A DNA stretch of 64,000 bases from Eledone cirrhosa (taxonomy: Eukaryota). A program made the translations under genes and the position numbers. Location of the stretch: NCBI GenBank assembly GCA_964016885.1, contig OZ024743.1, positions 128,898,001 to 128,962,000 on the forward strand. Reading direction: 5' to 3'. This document shows positions 42,101 to 57,930 of this stretch, piece after piece. Each line of letters begins with the position of its first letter. Within the stretch, counting starts at the first letter, position 1. The notes below the pieces were generated by a model. That model did not search any database. It was not told where the DNA came from and worked only from the letters and a program-made list of their open reading frames with translations.

Positions 42101-44780
42101 ACCAAGCACCAAACACCAAACGCCAAACACCAAACACCAAGAACCAAGAACCAAACACCAAGCACCAAGCACCAAGTACAAAGACCAAGCACCAAGCACC
42201 AAGCACCAAACACCAAGCACCAAGCACCAAACACAAAACACCAAGCACCAAGCACCAAGCATCAAACACCAAGCAGCAAACACCAAACACCAAGCACCAA
42301 GCACCAAGCACCAAACACAAAGCACCCAGCACCAAACACCAAGGACCAAGCACCAAGCACCAAGCACCAAAAACCAAACACGAAACACAAAACACCAAGC
42401 ACCAAGCACCAAACACCAAACTCCAAGCACCAAGCACCAAGCACCAAACACCAAACACCAAGCACCAAGCACCAAGCACCAGGCACCAAACACCAAGCAC
42501 CAAACACCAAGGAACAAGCACCAAACACCAAACACCAAACACCAAACACCAAACAGCAAACAACATAGAGCAAACACTAAACACCAAAAAGCAAACACCA
42601 AACAGCAAACAGCAAACACCAAACAACAAACACCAAACAACAAACACCAAACAGCAAACAGCAAACACCAAACACCAAGCACCAAGCACCAAACACCAAA
42701 CACCAAACACCAAGCACCAGGCACCTAAACACCAAGCACCAAACACCAAGCACCTAGCACCAAACACTAAGCACCAAGCACCAAACACTAAACACCAAGG
42801 ACCAGACACCAAGCACCAAACACCAAACACCAAACACCAAGCACCAAGCACCAAACACCAAACACCAAACACCAAGCACCAAACACCAAACACCAAGCAC
42901 CAAACACCAAGCACCAGACACCAAGCACCAAACACCAAACACCAAACACCAAGCACCAAACACCAAGCACCAAGCACCGAATACCAAACACCAAGCACCG
43001 AGCACCAAACACCAAGCACCAAAGACCAAACACCAAACAGCAAACACCAAACACCATACAGCAAACACTAAACACCAAAAAGCAGACACCAAACAGCAAA
43101 CACCAAACACCAAACACCAAACACCAAACAGCAAACACCAAACACCAAGCACCAAGTACCAAACACCAAGAACCAAGAACCAAACACCAAGCACCAAGCA
43201 TCAAGTACAAACACCAAGCACCAAGCACCAAGCACCAAACACCAAGAACCAAGCACCAAACACAAAACACCAAGCACCAAGCACCAAACACCAAACTCCA
43301 AGCACCAATCACCAAGCACCAAACACCAAACACCAAGCACCAAGCACCAAGCACCAAGTACAAACACCAAGTACCAAGCACCAAACACAAAACACCAAGC
43401 ACCACGCACCAAGCATCAAACACCAAGCAGCAAACACCAAACACCAAGCACCAAGCACCAAACACAAAGCACCCAGCACCAAACACCAAGGACCAAGCAC
43501 CAAGCACCAAGCACCAAAAACCAAACACGAAACACAAAACACCAAGCACCAAGCACCAAACACCAAACTCCAAGCACCAAGCACCAAGCACCAAACACCA
43601 AACACCAAGCACCAAGCACCAAGCACCAGGCACGAAACACCAAGCACCAAGCACCAAACACCAAGCACCAAGCACCAAAGACCAAACACCAAACACCAAA
43701 CAGCAAACTACATACAGCAAACACCAAACACCAAAAAGCAAACACCAAACACCAAACAGCAAACACCAAACAACAAACACCAAACAACAAACACCAAACA
43801 GCAAACAGCAAACACCAAACACCAAGCACCAAGCACCAAACACCAAGCACCAGGCACCAAGCACCAAGCCCCAAGCACCAAACACCAAGCACCTAGCACC
43901 TAGCACCAAACACTAAGCACCAAGCACCAAACACTAAGCACCAAGCACCAAACACCAAGCACCAAGCACCAAACACCAAGCACCAAGCACCAAGCACCAA
44001 ACACCAAACACCAAGCACCAAAGACCAAGCACCAAGCACCAAGCACCAAACACCAAGCACCAAGCACCAAGCACCAAACACCAAGCACCTAGCACCAAAC
44101 ACCAAACACCAAGCACCAAACACCAAGCACCAATCACCAAGCATCAAACACCAAGCAGCCAGCAGCAAGCACCAAACACCAAGCACCAAGCACCAAAAAC
44201 CAAACACCACGCACCAAGCACCAAACACCTAACACCAAGCACCAAGTACCAAGCACCAAACACCAAGCACCAAACACCAAACACCAAGCACCAAGCACCA
44301 AACACCAAGCACCAAACACCAAACACCAAGCACCAAACACCTAACACCAAACACCAAGCACCAAACACCAAGCACCAAACACCAAACACCAAGCACCAAA
44401 CACCTAACACCAAGCACCAAACACCAAGCACCAAACACCAAGCACCAAGCACCAAGCACCAAGCACCAAACACCAAACACCAAACACCAAGCACCAAGCA
44501 CCAAACACCAAACACCAAGCACCCAGGACCAAAAACCAAGCACCCAGCACCAAACACCAAGCACCAAACACCAACCACTCAGCACCAAGCACCAAACACC
44601 AAGCACCAAGCACCAAACACCAAACACCAAACACCAAGCACCAAGCACCAAGCACCAAACACCAAACACCAAACACCAAGCACCAAACACCAAACACAAA
44701 GCACCAGACACCAAGCACCAAACACCAAACACCAAACACCAAGCACCAAGCACCAAACACCAAACACCAAACACCAAGCA
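39160..44780 (+). repeat. Circularly permuted partial central unit (second half of one unit plus first ~2 kb of the next)
   Basis: Matches 34.07-37.7 kb at +5093 and 27.2-32.8 kb at +11942/+11963/+11962 (29908..31101 vs 41871..43064; 31931..32266 vs 43893..44228). Confidence 0.88.
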
Positions 44781-47700
44781 CCAAGCACCAAACACCAAGC
44801 ACCAAACACCAAGCACCAAACACCTAACACCAAGCACCAAGCACCAAGTACCAAGCACCAAACACCAAGCACCAAACACCAAACACCAAGCACTAAACAC
44901 CAAACACCAAACACCAAGCACCAAACACCAAACACCAAGCACGAAGCACCAAGCACCAAGTACAAACACCAAGCACCAAGCACCAAACACCAAGCACCAA
45001 GCATCAAACACCAAACACCAAACACCAAGCACCAAGCACCAAGCATCAAACACCAAGCATATATAACACCAAGCACCAAGCACCAAGCACCAAAGACCAA
45101 ACAGCAAACAGCAAACACCAAACACCTTACAGCAAACACTAAACACCAAAAAGCAGACACCAAACAGCAAACACCAAACACCAAACACCAAACACCAAAC
45201 ACCAAACACCAAGCACCAAACACCAAGGACCAAGCACCAAACACCTAACACCAAGCACCAAGCACCAAGCACCAAACACCAAGCACCAAACACCAAACAT
45301 CAAGCACCAAGCATCAAGCAACAAGTATCCAAACACCAAGAACCAAGAACCAAACACCAAGCACCAAGCACCAAGTACAAACACCAAGCACCAAGCACCA
45401 AGCACCAAACACCAAGAACCAAGCACCAAACACAAAACACCAAGCACCAAGCACCAAGCATCAAACACCAAGCAGCAAACACCAAACACCCAGCACCCAG
45501 CACCAAACACCAAACACTAAACACCAACCACCCAGCACCAAGCACCAAACACCAAGCACCAAGCACCAAGCACCAAACACAAAGCACCCAGCACCAAACA
45601 CCAAGGCCCAAGCACCCAGCACCAAAAACCAAACACCAAACACCAAACTCCAAGCACCAAGCACCAAGCACCAGGCACCAAACACCAAGCACCAAGCACC
45701 AAACACCAAACGCCAAACACCAAACACCAAGAACCAAGAACCAAACACCAAGCACCAAGCACCAAGTACAAAGACCAAGCACCAAGCACCAAGCACCAAA
45801 CACCAAGCACCAAGCACCAAACACAAAACACCAAGCACCAAGCACCAAGCATCAAACACCAAGCAGCAAACACCAAACACCAAGCACCAAGCACCAAGCA
45901 CCAAACACAAAGCACCCAGCACCAAACACCAAGGACCAAGCACCAAGCACCAAGCACCAAAAACCAAACACGAAACACAAAACACCAAGCACCAAGCACC
46001 AAACACCAAACTCCAAGCACCAAGCACCAAGCACCAAACACCAAACACCAAGCACCAAGCACCAAGCACCAGGCACCAAACACCAAGCACCAAACACCAA
46101 GGAACAAGCACCAAACACCAAACACCAAACACCAAACACCAAACAGCAAACAACATAGAGCAAACACTAAACACCAAAAAGCAAACACCAAACAGCAAAC
46201 AGCAAACACCAAACAACAAACACCAAACAACAAACACCAAACAGCAAACAGCAAACACCAAACACCAAGCACCAAGCACCAAACACCAAACACCAAACAC
46301 CAAGCACCAGGCACCTAAACACCAAGCACCAAACACCAAGCACCTAGCACCAAACACTAAGCACCAAGCACCAAACACTAAACACCAAGCACCAGACACC
46401 AAGCACCAAACACCAAACACCAAACACCAAGCACCAAGCACCAAACACCAAACACCAAACACCAAGCACCAAACACCAAACACCAAGCACCAAACACCAA
46501 GCACCAGACACCAAGCACCAAACACCAAACACCAAACACCAAGCACCAAACACCAAGCACCAAGCACCGAATACCAAACACCAAGCACCGAGCACCAAAC
46601 ACCAAGCACCAAAGACCAAACACCAAACAGCAAACACCAAACACCATACAGCAAACACTAAACACCAAAAAGCAGACACCAAACAGCAAACACCAAACAC
46701 CAAACACCAAACACCAAACAGCAAACACCAAACACCAAGCACCAAGTACCAAACACCAAGAACCAAGAACCAAACACCAAGCACCAAGCATCAAGTACAA
46801 ACACCAAGCACCAAGCACCAAGCACCAAACACCAAGAACCAAGCACCAAACACAAAACACCAAGCACCAAGCACCAAACACCAAACTCCAAGCACCAATC
46901 ACCAAGCACCAAACACCAAACACCAAGCACCAAGCACCAAGCACCAAGTACAAACACCAAGTACCAAGCACCAAACACAAAACACCAAGCACCACGCACC
47001 AAGCATCAAACACCAAGCAGCAAACACCAAACACCAAGCACCAAGCACCAAACACAAAGCACCCAGCACCAAACACCAAGGACCAAGCACCAAGCACCAA
47101 GCACCAAAAACCAAACACGAAACACAAAACACCAAGCACCAAGCACCAAACACCAAACTCCAAGCACCAAGCACCAAGCACCAAACACCAAACACCAAGC
47201 ACCAAGCACCAAGCACCAGGCACGAAACACCAAGCACCAAGCACCAAACACCAAGCACCAAGCACCAAAGACCAAACACCAAACACCAAACAGCAAACTA
47301 CATACAGCAAACACCAAACACCAAAAAGCAAACACCAAACACCAAACAGCAAACACCAAACAACAAACACCAAACAACAAACACCAAACAGCAAACAGCA
47401 AACACCAAACACCAAGCACCAAGCACCAAACACCAAGCACCAGGCACCAAGCACCAAGCCCCAAGCACCAAACACCAAGCACCTAGCACCTAGCACCAAA
47501 CACTAAGCACCAAGCACCAAACACTAAGCACCAAGCACCAAACACCAAGCACCAAGCACCAAACACCAAGCACCAAGCACCAAGCACCAAACACCAAACA
47601 CCAAGCACCAAAGACCAAGCACCAAGCACCAAGCACCAAACACCAAGCACCAAGCACCAAGCACCAAACACCAAGCACCTAGCACCAAACACCAAACACC

Positions 47701-50700
47701 AAGCACCAAACACCAAGCACCAATCACCAAGCATCAAACACCAAGCAGCCAGCAGCAAGCACCAAACACCAAGCACCAAGCACCAAAAACCAAACACCAC
47801 GCACCAAGCACCAAACACCTAACACCAAGCACCAAGTACCAAGCACCAAACACCAAGCACCAAACACCAAACACCAAGCACCAAGCACCAAACACCAAGC
47901 ACCAAACACCAAACACCAAGCACCAAACACCTAACACCAAACACCAAGCACCAAACACCAAGCACCAAACACCAAACACCAAGCACCAAACACCTAACAC
48001 CAAGCACCAAACACCAAGCACCAAACACCAAGCACCAAGCACCAAGCACCAAGCACCAAACACCAAACACCAAACACCAAGCACCAAGCACCAAACACCA
48101 AACACCAAGCACCCAGGACCAAAAACCAAGCACCCAGCACCAAACACCAAGCACCAAACACCAACCACTCAGCACCAAGCACCAAACACCAAGCACCAAG
48201 CACCAAACACCAAACACCAAACACCAAGCACCAAGCACCAAGCACCAAACACCAAACACCAAACACCAAGCACCAAACACCAAACACAAAGCACCAGACA
48301 CCAAGCACCAAACACCAAACACCAAACACCAAGCACCAAGCACCAAACACCAAACACCAAACACCAAGCACCAAACACCAAACACCAAGCACCAAACACC
48401 AAGCACCAGACACCAAGCACCAAACACCAAACACCAAACACCAAGCACCAAACACCAAGCACCAAGCACCGAATACCAAACACCAAGCACCGAGCACCAA
48501 ACACCAAGCACCAAAGACCAAACACCAAACAGCAAACACCAAACACCATACAGCAAACACTAAACACCAAAAAGCAGACACCAAACAGCAAACACCAAAC
48601 ACCAAACACCAAACACCAAACAGCAAACACCAAACACCAAGCACCAAGCACCAAACACCAAGCACCAAGCTCCGAGCACCAAACACCAAGCACCAAGCAC
48701 CAATCACCAAACACCAAGCACCTAGCACCAAACACCAAACACCAAGCACCAAGCACCAAACACCAAACACCAAGCACCCAGGACCAAAAACCAAGCACCC
48801 AGCACCAAACACCAAGCACCAAACACCAACCACTCAGCACCAAGCACCAAACACCAAGCACCAAGCACCAAACACCAAACACCAAACACCAAGCACCAAG
48901 CACCAAGCACCAAACACCAAACACCAAACACCAAGCACCAAACACCAAACACAAAGCACCAGACACCAAGCACCAAACACCAAACACCAAACACCAAGCA
49001 CCAAGCACCAAACACCAAACACCAAACACCAAGCACCAAACACCAAACACCAAGCACCAAACACCAAGCACCAGACACCAAGCACCAAACACCAAACACC
49101 AAACACCAAGCACCAAACACCAAGCACCAAGCACCGAATACCAAACACCAAGCACCGAGCACCAAACACCAAGCACCAAAGACCAAACACCAAACAGCAA
49201 ACACCAAACACCATACAGCAAACACTAAACACCAAAAAGCAGACACCAAACAGCAAACACCAAACACCAAACACCAAACACCAAACAGCAAACACCAAAC
49301 ACCAAGCACCAAGTACCAAACACCAAGAACCAAGAACCAAACACCAAGCACCAAGCATCAAGTACAAACACCAAGCACAAAGCACCAAGCACCAAACACC
49401 AAGAACCAAGCACCAAACACAAAAGACCAAGCACCAAGCACCAAACACCAAACTCCAAGCACCAAGCACCAAGCACCAAACACCAAACACCAAGCACCAA
49501 GCACCAAGCACCAAGTACAAACACCAAGTACCAAGCACCAAACACAAAACACCAAGCACCACGCACCAAGCATCAAACACCAAGCAGCAAACACCAAACA
49601 CCAAGCACCAAGCACCAAACACAAAGCACCCAGCACCAAACACCAAGGACCAAGCACCAAGCACCAAGCACCAAAAACCAAACACGAAACACAAAACACC
49701 AAGCACCAAGCACCAAACACCAAACTCCAAGCACCAAGCACCAAGCACCAAACACCAAACACCAAGCACCAAGCACCAAGCACCAAGCACCAAAGACCAA
49801 ACACCAAACACCAAACAGCAAACAACATACAGCAAACACCAAACACCAAAAAGCAAACACCAAACACCAAACAGCAAACACCAAACAACAAACACCAAAC
49901 AACAAACACCAAACAGCAAACAGCAAACACCAAACACCAAGCACCAAGCACCAAACACCAAGCACCAGGCACCAAGCACCAAGCACCAAGCACCAAACAC
50001 TAAGCACCAAGCACCAAACACCAAGCACCAAGCACCAAACACCAAGCACCAAGCACCAAGCACCAAACACCAAACACCAAGCACCAAAGACCAAGCACCA
50101 AGCACCAAGCACCAAACACCAAGCACCAAGCACCAAGCACCAAACACCAAGCACCTAGCACCAAACACCAAACACCAAGCACCAAACACCAAGCACCAAT
50201 CACCAAGCATCAAACACCAAGCAGCCAGCAGCAAGCACCAAACACCAAGCACCAAGCACCAAAAACCAAACACCAAGCACCAAGCACCAAACACCTAACA
50301 CCAAGCACCAAGTACCAAGCACCAAACACCAAGCACCAAACACCAAACACCAAGCACCAAGCACCAAACACCAAGCACCAAACACCAAACACCAAGCACC
50401 AAACACCTAACACCAAACACCAAGCACCAAACACCAAGCACCAAACACCAAACACCAAGCACCAAACACCTAACACCAAGCACCAAACACCAAGCACCAA
50501 ACACCAAGCACCAAGCACCAAGCACCAAGCACCAAGCACCAAACACCAAGCACCAAGCACCAAACACCAAGCACCAAGCACCAAACACCAAGAACCAAGC
50601 ACCAAGCACCAAGTACAAACACCAAGCACCAAACACCAAGCACCAAGCACCAAGCATCAAACACCAAGCACCAAACACCAAGCACCAAGCACCAAGCATC

Positions 50701-53700
50701 AAACACCAAGCATATAACACCAAACACCAAACACCAAGCACGAAACACCAAACACCAAGCACCAAGCACCAAACACCAAACACCAAGCACCAAGCACCAA
50801 ACACCTAACACCAAGCACCAAACACCAAGCACCAAGCACCAAGCACCAAACACCAAGCACCAAGCACCAAACACCAAGCACCAAGCACCAAACACAAAGA
50901 ACCAAGCACCAAGCACCAAGTACAAACACCAAGCACCAAGCACCAAACACCAAGCACCTAGCACCAAACACCAATCACCAAGCCCCAAACACCAAGCACC
51001 AATCATCAAGCACCAAACACCAAGCAACCAGCAGCAAGCACCAAACACCAAACACCAAGCACCAAGCACCAAAAACCAGACACCAAGCACCAAGCACCAA
51101 ACACCTAACACCAAGCACCAAGCACCAAGTTCCAAGCACCAAACACCAACAACCAAACACCAAACACCAAGCACCAAACACCAAACACCAAGCACCAAGC
51201 ACCAAACACCTAACACCAAGCACCAAGCACCAACCACCAAACACCAAGCACCAAGCACCAAGCACCAATCACCAAACACCAAGCACCAAACACCAAACAC
51301 CAAGCACCAAGCACCAAACACCAAGCACCAAGCACCAAGCATCAAACACCAAGCACCAAACACCAAACACCAAGCACCAAGCATCAAACACCAAGCATAT
51401 AACATCAAACACCAAACACCAAGCACCAAGCACCAAACACCAAACACCAAGCACCAAGCACCCAACACCAAACACCAAGCACCAAGCACCAAACACCAAG
51501 CACCAAGCACCAAGCAAAAAGCACCAAACACCAAGCACCAAACACCAAACACCAAGCACCAAACACCAAACACCAAGCACCAAGCACCAAACACCTAACA
51601 CCAAGCACCAAACACCAACCACCAAACACCAAGCACCAAGCACCAAGCACCAAGCACCAAACACCAAGCACCAAACACCAAGCACCAAACACCTAACACC
51701 AAGCACCAAGCACCAAGTACCAAGCACCAAACACCAAGCACCAAACACCAAACACCAAGCACTAAACACCAAACACCAAACACCAAGCACCAAACACCAA
51801 ACACCAAGCACGAAGCACCAAGCACCAAGTACAAACACCAAGCACCAAGCACCAAACACCAAGCACCAAGCATCAAACACCAAACACCAAACACCAAGCA
51901 CCAAGCACCAAGCATCAAACACCAAGCATATATAACACCAAGCACCAAGCACCAAGCACCAAAGACCAAACAGCAAACAGCAAACACCAAACACCTTACA
52001 GCAAACACTAAACACCAAAAAGCAGACACCAAACAGCAAACACCAAACACCAAACACCAAACACCAAACACCAAACACCAAGCACCAAACACCAAGGACC
52101 AAGCACCAAACACCTAACACCAAGCACCAAGCACCAAGCACCAAACACCAAGCACCAAACACCAAACATCAAGCACCAAGCATCAAGCAACAAGTATCCA
52201 AACACCAAGAACCAAGAACCAAACACCAAGCACCAAGCACCAAGTACAAACACCAAGCACCAAGCACCAAGCACCAAACACCAAGAACCAAGCACCAAAC
52301 ACAAAACACCAAGCGCCAAGCACCAAGCATCAAACACCAAGCAGCAAACACCAAACACCCAGCACCCAGCACCAAACACCAAACACTAAACACCAACCAC
52401 CCAGCACCAAGCACCAAACACCAAGCACCAAGCACCAAGCACCAAACACAAAGCACCCAGCACCAAACACCAAGGCCCAAGCACCCAGCACCAAAAACCA
52501 AACACCAAACACCAAACTCCAAGCACCAAGCACCAAGCACCAGGCACCAAACACCAAGCACCAAGCACCAAACACCAAACGCCAAACACCAAACACCAAG
52601 AACCAAGAACCAAACACCAAGCACCAAGCACCAAGTACAAAGACCAAGCACCAAGCACCAAGCACCAAACACCAAGCACCAAGCACCAAACACAAAACAC
52701 CAAGCACCAAGCACCAAGCATCAAACACCAAGCAGCAAACACCAAACACCAAGCACCAAGCACCAAGCACCAAACACAAAGCACCCAGCACCAAACACCA
52801 AGGACCAAGCACCAAGCACCAAGCACCAAAAACCAAACACGAAACACAAAACACCAAGCACCAAGCACCAAACACCAAACTCCAAGCACCAAGCACCAAG
52901 CACCAAACACCAAACACCAAGCACCAAGCACCAAGCACCAGGCACCAAACACCAAGCACCAAACACCAAGGAACAAGCACCAAACACCAAACACCAAACA
53001 CCAAACACCAAACAGCAAACAACATAGAGCAAACACTAAACACCAAAAAGCAAACACCAAACAGCAAACAGCAAACACCAAACAACAAACACCAAACAAC
53101 AAACACCAAACAGCAAACAGCAAACACCAAACACCAAGCACCAAGCACCAAACACCAAACACCAAACACCAAGCACCAGGCACCTAAACACCAAGCACCA
53201 AACACCAAGCACCTAGCACCAAACACTAAGCACCAAGCACCAAACACTAAACACCAAGCACCAAACACCAAGCACCAAGCACCAAACACCAAGCACCAAG
53301 CACCAAACACCAAACACCAAGCACCAAAGACCAAGCACCAAGCACCAAACACCAAGCACCCAGCACCAAACACCAAACACTAAACACCAACCACCCAGCA
53401 CCAAGCACCAAACACCAAGCACCAAGCACCAAACACCAAACACCAAACACCAAGCACCAAGCACCAAACACCAAGCACCTAGCACCAAACACCAAACACC
53501 AAGCACCAAACACCAAGCACCAATCACCAAGCATCAAACACCAAGCAGCCAGCAGCAAGCACCAAACACCAAACACCAAGCACCAAAAACCAAACACCAA
53601 GCACCAAGCACCAAACACCTAACACCAAGCACCAAGCACCAAGTACCAAGCACCAAACACCAAGCACCAAACACCAAACACCAAGCACCAAGCACCAAAC

Positions 53701-54711
53701 ACCAAACACCAAGCACCAAACACCTAACACCAAACACCAAACACCAACCACCAAACACCAAACACCAAGCACCAAGCACCAAGCACCAAACACCAAGCAC
53801 CAAACACCAAGCACCAAACACCAAGCACCAAGCACCAAGCACCAAGCACCAAACACCAAGCAACAAACACCAAGCACCAAGCACCAAACACCAAGCACCA
53901 AGCACCAAACACCAAGAACCAAGCACCAAGCACCAAGTACAAACACCAAGCACCAAGCACCAAACACCAAGCACCAAGCACCAAGCATCAAACACCAAGC
54001 ACCAAACACCAAGCACCAAGCACCAAGCATCAAACACCAAGCATATAACACCAAACACCAAACACCAAGCACCAAACACCAAAGACCAAGCACCAAACAC
54101 CAACCACCAAACACCAAGCACCAAGCACCAAGCACCAAGCACCAATCACCAAGCACCAAACACCAAGCACCAAGCACCACACACCAAGCACCAAGCACCA
54201 AACACCAAGAACCAAGCACCAAGCACCAAGTACAAACACCAAGCAGCAAGCACCAAACACCAAGCACCTAGCACCAAACACCAAACACCAAGCACCAAAC
54301 ACCAAGCAGCAATCACCAAGTACCAAACACCAAGCAGCCAGCAGCAAGCACCAAACACCAAACACCAAGCACCAAGCCCCAAAAACCAGACACCAAGCAC
54401 CAAGCACCAAACACCTAACACCAAGCACCAAGTACCAAGCACCAAACACCAAGCACCAAACACCAAACACCAAGCACCAAACACCAAACACCAAGCACCA
54501 AGCACCAAACACCTAACACCAAGCACCAAGCACCAACCACCAAACAGCAAGCACCAAGCACCAAGCACCAAGCACCAAACACCAAGCACCAAACAGCAAG
54601 CACCAAGCACCAAGCACCAAACACCAAGCACCAAGCACCAAATACCAAGCACCAAGCACCAAGCATCAAACACCAAGCACCAAACACCAAACACCAAGCA
54701 CCAAGCACCAA
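44780..54711 (+). repeat. ~9.9 kb near-identical copy of ~29.23-39.16 kb, containing a third full central unit at 46390-53258
   Basis: Constant offset +15553/+15552 (29908 vs 45461; 31931 vs 47483; 34918 vs 50470; 37972..38715 vs 53524..54267). Shares derived SNPs (GACCAAG 33873/49425; CGCCAAG 36762/52314). Confidence 0.92.
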
Positions 54712-57700
54712 GGATCAAACATCAAGCATATAACACCAAATACCAAACACCAAGCACCAAGCACCAAACACCAAACACCAAGCACCAAGCACCCAGCACC
54801 AAACACCAAGCACCAAACACCAAGCACCAAGCACCAAGCAAAAAGCACCAAACACCAAGCACCAAACACCAAACACCAAGCACCAAACACCAAACACCAA
54901 GCACCAAGCACCAAACACCTAACACCAAGCACCAAACACCAACCACCAAACACCAAGCACCAAGCACCAAGCACCAAGCACCAAACACCAAGCACCAAAC
55001 ACCAAGCACCAAGCTCCAAGCACCAAACACCTAGCACCAAGCACCAAGTACCAAGCACCAAACACCAAGCACCAAACACCAAACACCAAGCACCAAACAC
55101 CAAACACCAAGCACCAAGCACCAAACACCTAACACCAAGCACCAAACACCAACCACCAAACACCAAGCACCAAGCACCAAGCACCAAGCACCAAACACCA
55201 AGCACCAAACACCAAGCACCAAGCACCAAGCATCAAGTACAAACACCAAGCACCAAGCACCAAACACCAAGCACCAAGCACCAATCATCAAACGCCAAAC
55301 ACCAAACACCAAGCACCAGGCACCAAGCATCAAACACCAAGCATATAACACCAAACACCAAACACCAAGCACCAAGCACCAAACACCAAACACCAAGCAC
55401 CAAGCACCCAGCACCAAACACCAAGCACCAAACACCAAGCACCAAGCACCAAGCAAAAAGCACCAAACACCAAACACCAAGCACCAAACACCGAACACCA
55501 AACACCAAACAGCAGACAACATACAGCAAACACTAAACACCAAAAAGCAAACACCAAACACCAAACAGCAAACACCAAACAACAAACACCAAACAACAAA
55601 CAGCAAACAGCAAACAGCAAACACCAAACACCAAGCACCAAGCACCAAACACCAAACACCAAACACCAAGCACCAGGCACCTAAACACCAAGCACCAAAC
55701 ACCAAGCACCTAGCACCAAACACCAAGCACCAAGCACCAAACACCAAGCACCAAGCACCAAGCACCAAACACCAAACACCAAGCACCAAAGACCAAGCAC
55801 CAAGCACCAAACACCAAGCACCCAGCACCAAACACCAAACACTAAACACCAACCACCCAGCACCAAGCACCAAACACCAAGCACCAAGCACCAAACACCA
55901 AACACCAAACACCAAGCACCAAGCACCAAACACCAAGCACCTAGCACCAAACACCAAACACCAAGCACCAAACACCAAGCACCAATCACCAAGCATCAAA
56001 CACCAAGCAGCCAGCAGCAAGCACCAAACACCAAACACCAAGCACCAAAAACCAAACACCAAGCACCAAGCACCAAACACCTAACACCAAGCACCAAGCA
56101 CCAAGTACCAAGCACCAAACACCAAGCACCAAACACCAAACACCAAGCACCAAGCACCAAACACCAAGCACCAAACACCAAACACCAAGCACCAAACACC
56201 TAACACCAAACACCAAACACCAACCACCAAACACCAAACACCAAGCACCAAGCACCAAGCACCAAACACCAAGCACCAAACACCAAGCACCAAACACCAA
56301 GCACCAAGCACCAAGCACCAAGCACCAAACACCAAGCACCAAACAACAAGCACCAAGCACCAAACACCAAGCACCAAGCACCAAACACCAAGAACCAAGC
56401 ACCAAGCACCAAGTACAAACACCAAGCACCAAGCACCAAACACCAAGCACCAAGCACCAAGCATCAAACACCAAGCACCAAACACCAAGCACCAAGCATC
56501 AAGTATCAAACACCAAGCATATAACACCAAACACCAAACACCAAGCACCAAACACCAAAGACCAAGCACCAAGCAACAAACACCTAACACCAAGCACCAA
56601 ACACCAAGCACCAAACACCAAGCACCAAGCACCAAGCACCAAGCACCAATCACCAAGCACCAAACACCAAGCACCAAGCACCAAACACCAAGCACCAAGC
56701 ACCAAACACCAAGAACCAAGCACCAAGCACCAAGTACAAACACCAAGCAGCAAGCACCAAACACCAAGCACCTAGCACCAAACACCAAACACCAAGCACC
56801 AAACACCAAGCAGCAATCACCAAGTACCAAACACCAAGCAGCCAGCAGCAAGCACCAAACACCAAACACCAAGCACCAAGCACCAAAAACCAGACACCAA
56901 GCACCAAGCACCAAACACCTAACACCAAGCACCAAGTACCAAGCACCAAACACCAAGCACCAAACACCAAACACCAAGCACCAAACACCAAACACCAAGC
57001 ACCAAGCACCAAACACCTAACACCAAGCACCAAGCACCAACCACCAAACAGCAAGCACCAAGCACCAAGCACCAAGCACCAAACACCAAGCACCAAACAG
57101 CAAGCACCAAGCACCAAGCACCAAACACCAAGCACCAAGCACCAAATACCAAGCACCAAGCACCAAGCATCAAACACCAAGCACCAAACACCAAACACCA
57201 AGCACCAAGCACCAAGGATCAAACATCAAGCATATAACACCAAATACCAAACACCAAGCACCAAGCACCAAACACCAAACACAGAGCACCAAGCACCCAG
57301 CACCAAACACCAAGCACCAAACACCAAGCGCCAAGCACCAAGCAAAAAGCACCAAACACCAAGCACCAAACACCTAACACCAAGCACCAAACACCAACCA
57401 CCAAACACCAAGCACCAAGCACCAAGCACCAAGCACCAAACACCAAGCACCAAACACCAAGCACCAAGCTCCAAGCACCAAACACCTAGCACCAAGCACC
57501 AAGTACCAAGCACCAAACACCAAGCACCAAACACCAAACACCAAGCACCAAACACCAAACACCAAGCACCAAGCACCAAACACCTAACACCAAGCACCAA
57601 ACACCAACCACCAAACACCAAGCACCAAGCACCAAGCACCAAGCACCAAACACCAAGCACCAAACACCAAGCACCAAGCACCAAGCATCAAGTACAAACA

Positions 57701-57930
57701 CCAAGCACCAAGCACCAAACACCAAGCACCAAGCACCAATCATCAAACGCCAAACACCAAACACCAAGCACCAAGCACCAAGCATCAAACACCAAGCATA
57801 TAACACCGAACACCAAACACCAAGCACCAAGCACCAAACACCAAACACCAAGCACCAAGCACCCAGCACCAAACACCAAGCACCAAACACCAAGCACCAA
57901 GCACCAAGCAAAAAGCACCAAACACCAAAC
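53000..57930 (+). repeat. ~2.46-2.50 kb tandem duplication
   Basis: Offsets +2462 (53530/55992), +2504 (54146..54718 vs 56650..57222) and +2455 (54919..55128 vs 57374..57583). Private GATCAAA-CATCAAG-CATATAA motif at ~54713 and ~57217. Confidence 0.85.
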
